A stretch of DNA of 64,000 bases from Narcine bancroftii (taxonomy: Eukaryota), in assembly GCF_036971445.1 (NCBI RefSeq), contig NC_091473.1:208258001-208322000 (forward strand), read 5' to 3'. Made by a program: the position numbers and the translations under genes. The notes beneath the pieces were generated by a model. It saw only the letters and a program-made list of their open reading frames with translations. It had not been told where the DNA came from and made no database searches. Below are positions 1-11,667 of the stretch, one piece after another (the first letter of the stretch is position 1; the number at the start of each line of letters is the position of its first letter).

Positions 1-1150
1 GAGTGAACCTTTCCTGTGACCTCATTGGGACCAACCTCACTCACACAATATTCCAGAAAGCACACCAATGACTCTACTTCCTTGGAAGACTGAAGAAGTT
101 CTGCTGGTAACTCGTTACTCAACTACCATCGAGATCTTCCTTGCTGGCTACATCAAAGCCTGATATGGATAGCAGCTCTGTCCAAGATCAAACAATGCTA
201 CAAACTGTGGTGAATGCAGCTCAGATGACATCTCCCTCACCTCCATTGACTCCATCACATCTCTCACTTCCTAGACAAGGCACCCACAAGGCACTGAAGG
301 ACCAATCACACCCTGACTCTCTTCTCCCTATGCCCATTGGGGAGAAGGCTCAGGAGTGAAAAATCCTCCCCCCTTCTCCCAACAGCCATCAGGATTCCTA
401 GGCACTGCAGAGGACGGAAAGATTGAGTTGGTTTATAGAGAGGTTTATCAAATATTGATAAACAACTCGCGCGTCTACGAGAACAAAGGAGGTGATTGAG
501 ATGAAGGTCGGCCATTCTCCATTACACATAAATGGTTCCATCATGAAGCAAGTGGAGAGCACATAAACCCTTGGTGCACATGACCTATCCTGGACCCACA
601 ATACCACCTCCTTACTCAGAAAGATGTACCAATGCCTACATTTCAAGGAGGTTGAAGAGGGCAAGGCCACAGGCCCCCATCTTGACAAGGTTCTACAGGA
701 GCACAATTGAGAATGCTGAGTATTGTAGCTATAAAGGGTACAGTGGATCATCAAATCTGCCAAGAAGATCACTGGGCGCCCCTTTTCCTCCACTGACAAT
801 ATTCATAAGGAGCTTAAATAGGACTCAAAAAATAATCGAGAATCCTTTCCATCCAGCTCACAGTATCCTTGACCCACTACCATCAGGAAGGAACAGAATA
901 CTATCACCAATGTATATTTGTATATATTTGCTTATAGCTGTTGTGATTGGCTGAGAACCGTAGCCACGCCTACTGGCAGGTCATAAAGGTCTGCTCCTAA
1001 CCAGACCCAGGTCAGTCTGGACTGGTCGATCTTGCTGTAATGCGCTCCAGTCTTTTGCTGATTAAAGCCTTGGTTTGAGTTAACAAGTCTTTGAGTCATT
1101 CGACGCGTTGCAAACAGGAGAAACAGTTTATTCCCAAAAGCTGTGCCCTT
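1..1150 (+). mobile_element. Decayed Rex1/Babar-type LINE 3' fragments (at least two)
   Basis: Remnants typical of the Rex1 RT C-terminus, e.g. 'ILTRFYRSTIEN', 'IIENPFHPAHSILDPLPSGR'; many stops and frameshifts. Confidence 0.6.
911..1110 (+). mobile_element. Probable short solo LTR inserted in the Rex1 fragment
   Basis: TG...CA ends, TATA-like 'cataaa', poly(A)-like 'attaaa'; interrupts the Rex1 remnant; no clear TSD. Confidence 0.4.
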
Positions 1151-1369
1151 TAGTTCAAAATGATTCGAGTGCCAAAATATTTTCTTTTGTATTTGAGAAA
1201 GATAATCAAAGGTTGATTTATTACTTATTATTGCAATTTAAAATAAATTTAGCAGTTTCAAGTTTTGTGCTTTTCATTTTTTTCTACAAAACATTCGTTT
1301 TTGAAAATAGAAGTTGACAATTTTATTTTAGGGGATGCAAGTAGCTGGGACAAAATAGTCTGCCACTGG

Positions 1370-4300
1370 CCTTGCCCACCCCCTTCCCCAGCTCTATTCT
1401 CCAAACCCTGCCCTCTCCCCCACACCCCAACTCTCTCTGATACCAAAACCTCCTCTCCCCTTCTACTCATCCTCCCCACCCTTCCCCACAGTATCCCCTC
1501 TCACTACCCTCCCCGAACTCTCTCCTACACCCCACCCATCGCTTCTTCCCTCCCCCGTCGCCTAAACTGTCCCCTCCTCTCCCACATCATACTTTCCTCT
1601 CCGTGTTCCCCAGCCTCCCCTTCTCTCCCCCCACCCTTCTTCCTTCCGCCTACCTCCACTCATCTCCCTCCTCTTCCTATCCCCACCCCTCTACCCACTT
1701 CCTTCCCCATCCTTCTACCCTTCCATTCCCTCCACACTCCTCTCCCCTTCCCTGTCCTTCCCCCTCCCTACTCCTCTCCCCTTCCCTAACGCTCCCTCCC
1801 CACTTCTCTCCCCTTCTCCCCTTCCCACACCTCTCCTCTTCCCCTACCCATTTACCTCCCTCCTCAACCCCCCTCATGCAACCCCTCCTCTCCCTCCAGT
1901 ACTCCCTCCCCCTTCACCCCACTCTTTTTATCTTCCTTTCCCCTTCTTCACTCCACTCCCACCCTCTTCCCTCACCCCTCTCCCCACCACGCCTCACTTG
2001 CTTCCTCTCCCCTTCCCTCACCCTCTCCCCATGCCCTCACACATACTGACCTCCGCAGGGGGGAGAGTACATTTGCTCCGGCCACATTAACCACAGCGTC
2101 ACATGTGGGGAGACCCTTGGACACCAGCTGTGCCTGGAACCAGAGTTAAAAGAAGTCAGGGATGGGGTCAGCAGTGGGATCCAGGACTTGGTCCGCTTGG
2201 TCCTGTTGAGTCAATGTTGGAATTGGCTTGCCAGACTTCTCGCAAAAGAACCCATCGCACTGCACCATGTGTGATATGGCAGAATGTTGAACTGAACAAA
2301 TTTCCCACGTGCATGCCTGAACCCCTCTCACCCCTCCCCCGCACCTTTCCCTTCCCCAATCCCCTTCACATTTTCCCACCCCTGACCCACCGCCTCATCA
2401 CTCTCCACCACCCCTTTGCCTCCCAACTCCCCTCCCTCATTCAGGGATGGAGGAAAGGGTCGGGGCTCAGAAACAGGGAGGGGAAACACTCTCTCCATTT
2501 TTTCATCTCTCTTCCTCCATCTCTGACCCCACCACCCCTTCTCCCCCTCTCACCCCTTTCTTTCTCATTTACCCTCAATCCTTCTATTTCTCCCACTTTC
2601 CTCCTCCACCCCGTCTCCCTTTCTCCTCCTCTCTCTTCCTCCCACTCCCTCCCTCCCCCTTTCCCTCCCACATGGTCCCTATCCCTAACCCTCACACCTA
2701 CTACCCTTTCCTCTCCCTCCATTTTCTCTTCCTCTCTCCCTCTCACTCCACTTTCCCCCTCCACTCCCTTTTCCCCTCTCTCTCGCTCTTCCCCCTCCCT
2801 CTTCTCTTCCTTCCTTCCTGCCATCTCTGACCCTCATTTCCTCCCCTCCTTCCTTACACCTCTCCCTCCTTTCCCTCTCTCACTCCTTCACTCTCCTCCT
2901 CCCTCTCCTCACCCCACCTTACTCCCTCTTTCTCGCCCTCCACAACTTTCACTCCTTCCTTTCCCCACTCCCTCTGTTATTCATCTCTCCCTCTCCCCCT
3001 TTCCCCCTCCCATCCTTCCCCTCTCCTCTCCTTACCAACTCTCTCTCCTTCTCCCCTCTCACTATCCTTCCCCCTCCCTCATACTCCCCTCTCCCTTCCT
3101 ACTCCCTCCTTCATTCCTTCTCTCCATCTCACCTATCCCCCTCTTCCCCACTCTCTCCCTTCACTAATCCCTATTCCCCTTCTCTCTCCCACCTTCCCTG
3201 CTGTCTCTCTCTCCTCTACATTCTCTCCCCTCCCTCCTTCTACCTTTCTCCCAACCCCCTCTCTCACCTTCTACGCCTCTCCCCTCCTTCCCCCTCTCTA
3301 TACCACTCAGTGATTTTTTTAGTTTTATTTAAAAATTTCCACCATGTAATTATAACATATAAACGATACTTAAACAAACTTAGTACTCAGCGTGATTGTG
3401 CTTGATGTCTTGCTCCCACTCTCCCCTCATGTCCCTCCTTCCCCTTCTCCCTCCCTTCCCACCTTGCAACATCTCTCTTATCATTCCTTCTCTCACCCTG
3501 CATCGCCTCCTTCTCTTGCCTTCCCACCTCTCTCCCCTTCCTTCACCCCTCTCTCTTCCTTTCCCCCTCTCCCCTCCCCCTCCCTCCCTAAACCTCCTTC
3601 CCCTCTCTCTCCCCTCCTTCCCCCTCCCCTTCCTCTCTCACCTCCTTCCCCTCTTTCACTCTTCCTTCTTTCACATTCCCCTTCTCTATTTCCTTCCTTC
3701 CCCGTCTCTCCCTCCCTCCCCTCCCACCCTCCTTTCCCCCTCATTCTCACCCTCCTCTCATACTCCTTCACCTCCATTCTCTTTTTCCCACCCTCCTTCC
3801 TCCCTCCATCTACCCTCTCACCCTCCTCCTTTCCCCCTTTCTCCCTCCCACCTTTTTCTTTCCCTCTCCAACCTCCCCTTTGTCTCATCCCCTCTCATTT
3901 TCTCCCCACCTTCCCCTCTCTCTCACTCTCTCCTTCTCCTCTCTCCTTCCTTCTCCCTCACTCTCCCCCTATTTCCCACTCTCCCCTTTCTCCTTCCTTC
4001 TCTTTCCTCTCCTTACCCCCTCCCTTCTCAGCTTCCTTCACTCTCCCTCCTTCTCCCTCTCCCTTTCTCACCCACCCTCCATCCTCCTCTCTCCCCCTTC
4101 TTCCTCACCCCCTTTCACCCTCCTTCTTCCCTCTCTCTCCCTTTCCTGCCTCTCTCTATCTACTTTCTCGATATCTCTTTCCCTCCTTCCTCTAATCTGT
4201 CCTCCTTTCTTCCTCCTCTCTCCCCCCTTTCCCATTTCCCTCCTTCCCTCTCCCTTTCACTCCTTTCCCCTCTTTCTCCTGCCCTGTCTCTCATCCTCCC

Positions 4301-4390
4301 TCCTTCTCTCTCTTCCCTTCCCCCCTTTCTCCTTCCCCCTCTTTCTCCTTCCCCTTTCCGTCTTTACTCTCCCTCTTCCTCTTTCATCTC
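1370..4390. repeat. Long polypyrimidine (C/T on + strand) low-complexity tracts in SDR39U1 introns
   Basis: Nearly pure C/T at ~1370-2040, 2320-3300 and 3415-4390; source of the Pro/Ser/Leu/Phe pseudo-ORFs. Confidence 0.9.
2051..2133 (-). CDS. SDR39U1: SDR39U1 exon 3
   Basis: ttccag|AQLVSKGLPTCDAVVNVAGANVLSPLR(R)|gtcagt; 83 nt; resembles human DELAASGLPSCDAAVNLAGENILNPLRR. Confidence 0.9.
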
Positions 4391-4403
4391 CAACATCACT
4401 CAC

Positions 4404-4507
4404 CCAGGTAACACCAGCCCTTGGATCCCGTGAGACATGCTGCACTTCATGACCTTTGCTCCTCAGAAGGTGGGTCAGAGCCCCTCCCACGAATCCAGAG
4501 CCTCCTC
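4404..4507 (-). CDS. SDR39U1: SDR39U1 exon 2
   Basis: gacag|(G)GGSGFVGGALTHLLRSKGHEVQHVSRDPRAGVTW|gtgagt; GGxGxxG Rossmann motif; phase joins exons 1 and 3. Confidence 0.92.
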
Positions 4508-4554
4508 CTGTCCAAGAGAAACCAGAGAGAGCTCGGGAACAACCTCATACATCT

Positions 4555-5790
4555 GTGTTTCATGCAATCATTCCCCAGAGGCTGGTGGAGAAACGAGAGG
4601 CTGTCTTTACTGGGACTCAACTCTGTAACTGAATTCTGGACTTCCTAACAGAAAGACCATTCTGTCCAGGTCGGCAGCAAGACATCAAGCACAATCATGC
4701 TGAGTACCAAGTTTGTTTAAGTATCGTTTATATAAGTTATAATTACATGGTTGAAATTTTTTAATAAAACTAAAAAAAAATCACTCTGAGTACCGGTGCA
4801 CCTCAGGGCCATGTGCTCAGTCCACTACTGTTCACGCCACTGACCCAGGACTGCATCGCCAGATCCAGCTCCAGCTTCAACATTGTCATCAAGTTTGCCT
4901 CATCAGCAACAGCAATGGAGAATGGAAGATCTCGTGAACTGGTGTGAGAGTAACAACCCGAGTCTCAATGTGGACAAGATGAAGGAGATGATCATTGACT
5001 TCAGGAGGACCAGGAACGATCATCCTTCACTACACACAACGTTTTAGTGGACAGCACCACGTTCCTTGGAGTTCACTTGATAAGTGAGTTATCGTGGACA
5101 CTCAACATCTCCTCACTTGCCAGGAAGGCACATCCTGAGAAGACAAGTCTACCAGCCACCATCATTTTCTCCCCTATCACCTTCCCCTCTCTCTCGCTCC
5201 CTCCTTCCCCCCCTCTCTCTCCTTCCTTCCTTCTCTCTCACTCCCCCTCCTTCCCTTTCCCACTCTCCCCTTTCTCCTTCCTCTTTCCCTCTCTTTACCC
5301 CCTCCCTCCCTCCCCTTTCTCTCTCCCTCCTTCTCCCTTTCTCACCCACCCTCCACTCTCTCACCCGTTTCTACAGGATGCTGGCCGGCAGCATCACAGT
5401 GTGGTATGGTTGCTGCAGAGAAATGGATTGGAGGTCAATCCACAGGATTATAAAAGTGGCAGAGAAGATCTACCATGATCATTGTCTAAGAGGGCACACA
5501 AAATCACTGAGGACACCTTCCACCCTGCACACAGCATCTCTCAGCTGCTCTCATCTGGAAAGAGATGCAGGAGTATCAAAGCCAGCACTTACCAGGCTGA
5601 GGAACAGCTTCCTCCCATGGGCAGTGAGAACGCTGAACGACCAAAGGAACTACTCACACTAACCCTCCGAAATTCTCATATTTACAAAACAATATTTATT
5701 TGTATAGCTAATACTTGTCCTGCATGTGCATTATATGTGTCACTTCCGGTTGTGTGTCTGCATTTTTTTGCAGATGACAATAAACTTGAC
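4555..5790 (+). mobile_element. Rex1/Babar LINE 3' portion (RT C-terminus plus 3' tail), interrupted by small insertions
   Basis: 'TGAPQG.VLSPLLFT..T.DC', 'FLGVHL', 'DTFHPAHSISQLLSSGKRCRSIKA', ending in 'gacaataaacttgacttgac'. Confidence 0.7.
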
Positions 5791-6238
5791 TTGACATCCA
5801 CCCCCAAGCCCGAAGCAGGGGCGAGACCCTACACTCTGACCACAGTGTCAGAGTCCCCAGCTCGGTCTCTCTGACCTCAGTGAGGGACATGCTGACCCTG
5901 GAATGACCTCAGAAAATGACCTTGCTGTCACTCATCGATCAGAGTAAAATCAGAGAGAAGCCGGAGTGTCTGAGCAGGAGGCAAAGATATATAACCAGCG
6001 TTTCCAGCCTGAGCCCTTCTTCAGCGTCCTCCTGTGAACGCAGTGAGACCGGCTGAGTTCTTCCAGCATTTATTCTCTCGACATTATACAGTTTCTTTAC
6101 ATTTGTTTATCTGTTTACTACCTATAAGTGGTCATTCTACTTCGACTGCAGGAATAAGAATCTCAGGGTTGTACATGTATGGTCTCCGACAGCAAAGCTG
6201 AATTGTGATCTCTGTACCGACTTTCGCATTTCACTCAC

Positions 6239-6254
6239 CGATCAGAACCCTCAT
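6239..6254 (-). CDS. SDR39U1: SDR39U1 exon 1 (coding part, MRVLI-G)
   Basis: ATGAGGGTTCTGATCG|gtgagt in a CpG-rich region; 16 nt, phase 1 joins exon 2 to give MRVLIGGGSGFVG. Confidence 0.9.
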
Positions 6255-6435
6255 CTTGCAACGCGCGCCTTGTTGCCCCGCTGGGGCGCATGCGCGCTCT
6301 GCTCCTTCCCCGTCTTCGGAGCCGCTCTTGGTGGGGAGGACTTCCGGCAGCTGCCGCTCGTTCTTTGGAGGACTTGCTGCCCAATCGTTGGAGTTTTGTC
6401 GCTCGCCGTGGGGCGGCCGGCGAGAGAGATGGCGG
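6255..6435. promoter_or_regulatory. Bidirectional CpG-island promoter SDR39U1/TTC5
   Basis: Divergent ATGs at 6254 and 6429; NRF1 GCGCATGCGC 6286-6295, ETS/GABPA ACTTCCGG 6340-6347, CCAAT 6381-6385, YY1-like GAGATGGCGG 6426-6435. Confidence 0.8.
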
Positions 6436-6483
6436 AGCGTGGAGCGGGGGAGGGGGACGGGAACGGGCAGCGGAAGAGCGCGG
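6429..6483 (+). CDS. TTC5: TTC5 exon 1 (frame uncertain)
   Basis: gagATGG Kozak context, MAERGAGEGDG..., donor cgg|gtacag; 55 nt as written, but exon 2 needs phase 0. Confidence 0.6.
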
Positions 6484-6487
6484 GTAC

Positions 6488-7795
6488 AGGGGAACGGGAG
6501 GAGTGAGGGGAACGCGGGGGGGGGGGAGGAGTGAGGGGAACGCGGGGGGGGGGGAGGAGTGAGGGGAACGCGGGGGGGGGGGAGGAGTGAGAGGAACGCG
6601 GGGGGGGGGAAGGAGTGAGAGGTACGCGGGGGGGGGGAAGGAGTGAGAGGAACGCGGGGGGGGGGAAGGAGTGAGAGGAACGCGGGGGGGGGGAAGTGAG
6701 GGGAACGAGGGGGGGGGAAGTGAGGGGAACGCGGGGGGGGAGTGAGGGGAACGCGGGGGGGGGAAGTGAGGGGAAACGCGGGGGGGGGGAAGTGAGGGGA
6801 ACGCGGGGGGGGGAAGTGAGGGGAACGCGGGGGGGGGAAGTGAGGGGAACGCGGGGGGGGGTGGAGTGAGAGGAACGCGGGGGGGAGTGAGGGGAACGCG
6901 GGGGGGAAGTGAGGGGAACGCGGGGGGGGGTGAGGGTCGGGGAACGCGGGGGTGAGGGGGATAAAGGGATCGGGAACGCGGGGGTGAGGGGATAAGGGGG
7001 TCGGGGAACGCGGGGGTGAAGGGATAAGGGGGTCGCGGACCCATCGGTGAGGGGATAAGGGGCTCGGGGAACGCGGGGGTGAGGGGATAAGGGGGTCGGG
7101 GGTGAGGGGGGGATAAGGGGGTCGGGGAACGGGGGTGAGGGGGGATAAGGGGGTCGGGGAACGGGTGAGGGGGATAAGGGGGTCGGGGAATGGGGTTGAA
7201 GGGGTTTGGGGAATGGGGAAAGGGGATGGGGAACGGGGTTGAGAGGATAAGGGGAACGGGGATAATGGGAACAGGGATGAGGGGTCGGGAACTGGGGATA
7301 AGGGGGTCGGGGAACAGGGGGTCGGCGAACGGGGTGAGCAAGTCGGGGAACGGGGGTGAGGGAGTTGGGGAACGGGGTGAGGTAGTTGGGGAACGGGGTG
7401 AGGGGGTTGGGGAACGGGGAGGATGGGGTCGCGGAACGGGTGGTGAGGGATATAAGGGGGTCGGGAAAAGGGATCAGGGGGTGGGGGTTGTCAGTGGAAC
7501 GGGGATAAGGGGATGGGTGAATGGGGGTGAGGTGGAGAACGGGGTTAGGGGAGTGAGGGGGTCAGGTTACGTCAGGAAATGGGGGGTGAGGGGTGAGGGG
7601 TGGGGGAACGGGGGGGTGAGGGGGTGGAGAATGGGGTTAGTGGAGTGAGGGGGTCGGGTTACGGGGTGAGGAATGGGAATGTGGGGCATTAGGGGTCGGG
7701 TTTACAGGTTGGGGAATGGGAATGTGGGGTATTAGGGGTCGGGTTACGGGGTGGGGAATGGGAATGTGGGGTATTAGGGAACGGGGTGGGGAGGG
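6488..7795. repeat. G-rich minisatellite array in TTC5 intron 1
   Basis: Tandem units such as GGGGAACGCG(G)nAAGTGA grading into GGGGGATAAGGGGGTCGG; many runs of 4-10 G. Confidence 0.9.
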
Positions 7796-7799
7796 GTAT

Positions 7800-7948
7800 C
7801 TTGTGATGGAGGGTGGGAGGAACCAGGGCATCCGGGAAAAACCCACACAGACATGGAAAGAACATACAAACTCCTTACAGACAACAGGATTAAAACCCGG
7901 ATTGCTGACACTGTACAGGGTCACGCTAACTGCTGCTCCAACTGAGCT
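7800..7948 (-). mobile_element. V-SINE (HE1-like) fragment
   Basis: Reverse of the V-domain core 'ctgtctgtaaggagtttgtatgttct...tgtgggtttttcccggatgccctggttcctccca'. Confidence 0.7.
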
Positions 7949-8100
7949 GGCCAATTGTGCTGTGGGAAGGGGGCAGGGGCGGTCAGCACTGTCATGTGAG
8001 GACTGGGGCAAGAACGCAGGTACTAGGTGGCCCTGTTGTGGGACACTCGTGTGCCACTCTCAGCCCCCAGGTGTAACTCAGCTGCCTTTCTCCATTGCAG

Positions 8101-8233
8101 GAGAGGGTGGATCAGCTGTACGCTTTCCGCGATCGGTACTTTGAGAGCCACGGTGTGGAGCAGGCAGGGAACCGGCAGCGGGACCTGGAAGACCAGCTGC
8201 AGTGTGTTCTGAGATCCATCCCAGACCTGCCTG
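8101..8233 (+). CDS. TTC5: TTC5 exon 2
   Basis: ttgcag|ERVDQLYAFRDRYFESHGVEQAGNRQRDLEDQLQCVLRSIPDLP|gtgcgt; resembles human ELVDQLYSFRDCYFETH. Confidence 0.95.
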
Positions 8234-8440
8234 GTGCGTGCTCGTAACGTGCAGCCCCACCCCGTCCCGTCCCCCTTCCACCCTCATCGTCCATCCCTTA
8301 CGTTCCCCTTCCACCCCCATCTTCCATCCCTTACGTTCTCCATCGCCTCTCCCACCCCTTCCCCTGTTTCCCCCCACTCCAACATTGACCCCTTCCTACC
8401 AATGCTGAACTGTTGACGTCTTCTCTCCCCCTCCTCACAG

Positions 8441-8649
8441 ACTCCTCCAACAAGGCTGAGCTGTTGATGCTGAGGGGCAAGGCCCTGAACGTTCTGGGAG
8501 AGTATAGCCCCAAGGCGGAGGAGGCTCTCTCCCGGGCCGTGAAGCTTGAGCCCAGCCTGGTTGAGGCCTGGAACCAGCTGGGTGAGGTGTACTGGAAGAA
8601 GGGCGACATCTCCGGGGCTCGGACCTGCTTCTCCGGGGCCTTGAACCAA
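8441..8649 (+). CDS. TTC5: TTC5 exon 3
   Basis: [52 protein letters not shown] (TPR); AG/GT bounded. Confidence 0.97.
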
Positions 8650-9249
8650 GTAAGTGGCAGGGGAAGGGAACAAGGGGGAGGGGTCTAGGGGGAAGGGAAC
8701 AAGGGAGGGAGCAAGGGGAGATAGGAATGAGGTGGAGGAGGTAGAAGGGCAGTGAGGGGGAGGAGTGAAGGGGGTGAAGGGAGGGGAATGAGCATCAGGG
8801 CAAGCATGGGCTGATGGACATGGGGTCAATGAGGGTACCAAGGGAATAAGGGCAAAGGGTCGATGTGAATGGACAACGTGGGGAGCAATGGGATATGGCA
8901 ACTGCAGAGGGAACAAGGGTTCAATGGGATTTGGGATCAAGGAGAAGGTGGGTGTGAAGGAAGGTGCAGGGAGGGGGTCGGGGGCCAGGTAGGCAGTGGG
9001 GAGGGGGTCGGAGGCCAGGTAGGCAGTGGGGAGGGAGTTGGGGGCAGGGAAGGAATTTGGGGCGGGATCAAGGTTTGGGGGTGAGGTGAGGATTGGGGTT
9101 GGGGATTTCAGATTGGGGCAGGGAGGGGATTGGGTAGTGGGACGGGTTGGGTCATGCAAAGGAGTTAGGATGAGGTGGGAGTTGGGGTGAAGGGGTTTGG
9201 GGAGGAGGGGGTTGGATCTGGGACGGGGTTGGGGCAAGGAGGGGGTTAG

Positions 9250-9690
9250 GCTGCAGGTTGGGAAGGGGCCTTGGTGTGGGTTTCAGGACGGGGAGGGGCA
9301 TTAGGATGGGTTTCAGGATGGGGAGGGGCCTTGGGGTGGGTTTCAGGATGGGGAGGGGCCTTGGGGTGGGTTTCAGGACGGGGAGGGGCCTTGGGGTGGG
9401 TTTCAGGACGGGGAGGGGTCTTGGGGTGGATTTCAGGCCGGGGAGGGGCCTTGGGGTGGGTTTCAGAATGGGGAGGGGCCTTGGGGTGGGTTTCAGAATG
9501 GGGAGGGGCCTTGGGGTGGGATTCAGGACGTGGAGGGGCCTTGGAGTGGCTTTCAGGACAGGGAGGGGGAAGGGGCCTCAGGGTGGGTTTCAGGACGGGG
9601 AGGGACCTCGGGATGGGTTTCAGGGCAGGGGCCTTGGGATAGGTTTCAGGATGGGGAGGGACTGAGGGGTGGAGGTGGATTTCAGGGTGG
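9250..9690. repeat. ~30-bp G-rich tandem repeat in TTC5 intron 3
   Basis: About 13-14 copies of GGGGAGGGGCCTTGGGGTGGGTTTCAGGAY. Confidence 0.9.
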
Positions 9691-9722
9691 GAATAGACCC
9701 TCACCTCCCACTCCCCCCACAG

Positions 9723-9870
9723 AGCAAGAACAAGGTGTCCTTGCGGAACCTGTCAATGGTTCTGAGGCAACTCCCAGCACAGGGAGCCGAGCACTGCCGG
9801 AACATCCAGGCCAGCGTGGAGCAAGCCCGGCAGGCCCTGCAGATGGACCTCACTGATGGGACATCCTGGT
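9723..9870 (+). CDS. TTC5: TTC5 exon 4
   Basis: [17 protein letters not shown]...[10 protein letters not shown]; includes the Arg equivalent to human R147 (tubulin N-terminus recognition). Confidence 0.97.
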
Positions 9871-10131
9871 GTAAGATGGGGAAGTGGGGAGGGGGCAGTG
9901 GGGATCCCGGGGATGGGGAGAGGGCTGTGGGGGTCCTGGGATGGGGAGGAGGTGGTGGGGGCCTCGTGGACGGGGAGGGGGCAATGGGTAGTCCAGGAAA
10001 CAGAGGTGGGAGTAGTGGAGTTCCGAGATGGAGGATAGTCCTAGAGATGGGGGTGCGGTGGGTAGTGAGTTTTCTCCCCACCCCGCCCCACCTACTTTCA
10101 GCCTGACGACCTGCCTGCCTCACTCCCACAG

Positions 10132-10223
10132 ACATTCTGGGCAATGCCTACCTCTCCCTGTTCTTTGCAAGTGGACAGAGCGCCCGACTCAGCCAGCAGG
10201 CCTTGAGTGCCTACATGCAGGCG
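10132..10223 (+). CDS. TTC5: TTC5 exon 5
   Basis: (Y)ILGNAYLSLFFASGQSARLSQQALSAYMQA|gtgagt. Confidence 0.96.
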
Positions 10224-10984
10224 GTGAGTGCCCGTGGCTTTCCTGACAACGAACGGGTGAGGGGGAATGTATGCTATGAGGCCAGGGCCTCAACACAAAC
10301 TGGAAGGTGGGGAGGGGGCTCGGGAGAATCCAGTTGTGTGCCGGGGCTCTGGAGAATCCTGTCATGGGGAGGGGGTTGTGGAGAATCCTGTTGCAAGCGG
10401 GAGTTCCATAGAATCCGGTCGCAGGGAGGGGGGGTGAATGGTTGGTGGGGTTTAGGGAGGAGGGTCAGGGATGAAGGGTCAAAAGGTTCAGGGTGGGTCA
10501 GCGGTTTAGGGAGGAGATTCAGGGGTTTAGGGTGAAGGATCAGGGATTCAGGGAGGGTCAGGAGTGAAGAATTTGGTTTAGGTAGGAGGGTTAGTGGTTT
10601 CAAGGAGGGTCAGGGAAGAAGGGTCAAGGTTTAGGGAGGAGGATCAGGGGTGAAGGGTTGGGAGTTTTAGATGGCCAGTGCTGAAGGATCGGGAGATTCA
10701 AGGATGGTTGGTGATTTTGGTGAGGAAGGTCGGGGTAAAGGGGTCAGGGTTATGGGTTGGATGTGCAGTATGGGGGGAGTCGGAGGCTTCACGGAGGGTG
10801 TGGGTGTGAGGGTCAATGGTTTGGGGGAGAGGACGGTGGGTTTGCAGAGACATCATTGATGTCATTGCTGGAGGGTGGGGATGGTGAGGACATCAGACCC
10901 ATTCTCCTGCAACCCTCTCCTTCAAACTGGGAGCTGTTTCAGTGGGTCTGGATCCCACTCACCATCCCTCTGTTCCCTTCCCAG

Positions 10985-11041
10985 GAGAAGGTGGATCCGG
11001 CCTCCCACAACAATGCTGATCTCCACCTAAATCGCTCAACG
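10985..11041 (+). CDS. TTC5: TTC5 exon 6
   Basis: cccag|EKVDPASHNNADLHLNRST|gtgagt. Confidence 0.95.
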
Positions 11042-11147
11042 GTGAGTCCCCAAAACCATGTGCCCATCCTGGGGGCAGTGGGGTCTGTCTTATAGTGAGG
11101 TGCAGTGGTAGGAATGCAACGTTATTTAGGAGCTTACTGTGGAGAAA

Positions 11148-11385
11148 CCCTAGTGAATCCTGTAAAGGTGGGGCCTCCTAGTGAATCCTGGGAAAGGTGT
11201 GTAAGATAGGAGGACCAGTGAATCATGGGAAAGGTGTGCAAGGCGAGTCCCCCCAGGGAATCCTGGGAAAGGTGTGCAAGGCAAGACCTCCCCGTGAATC
11301 ATGGGAAGAGCATCCAAGGCGGGACCCCCAGTGATTCCTGGGAAGGCCCTGCAAGGCGGGACCCCCAGTGAATCATGGGAAGGGT
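11148..11385. repeat. Degenerate ~37-bp tandem repeat
   Basis: Recurrent CCCCAGTGAATCCTGGGAAAGGTGTGCAAGGCGGGA-like units, about 6-7 copies. Confidence 0.75.
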
Positions 11386-11667
11386 TTGCATTGGTCAGTG
11401 CTCCAGACTGGAAGAAAAAGATCATGGGGGATAGGGGAATGGTCCTGGACTGGGGAGGGGAGACAGAATGATAATCAGTAAGGATTCCTGGAGGGGTAGG
11501 GGAGGTGTGTGAGAGTCAGGGAGCAGAGACAGTTCAAGGGCAGGGAGACTCTGGGAAGTGGTGAATAGTGTCAAGGGTCTCGAGACTGGGGAGGGAAAAC
11601 GTCACAGAGATCCCCTCTCCTCGGGGTCCCCGAAAGGTGGGACATTCCAGGGAGAGGGGAGCAACTG

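Noticed and set aside
1265-4452. Long Pro/Ser/Leu-rich ORFs (up to 354 aa)
   Set aside because: Stop codons cannot occur in C/T-only DNA; the region is intronic to SDR39U1
6235-7341. 368-aa repetitive proline-rich ORF
   Set aside because: Translation of the G-rich minisatellite on the opposite strand
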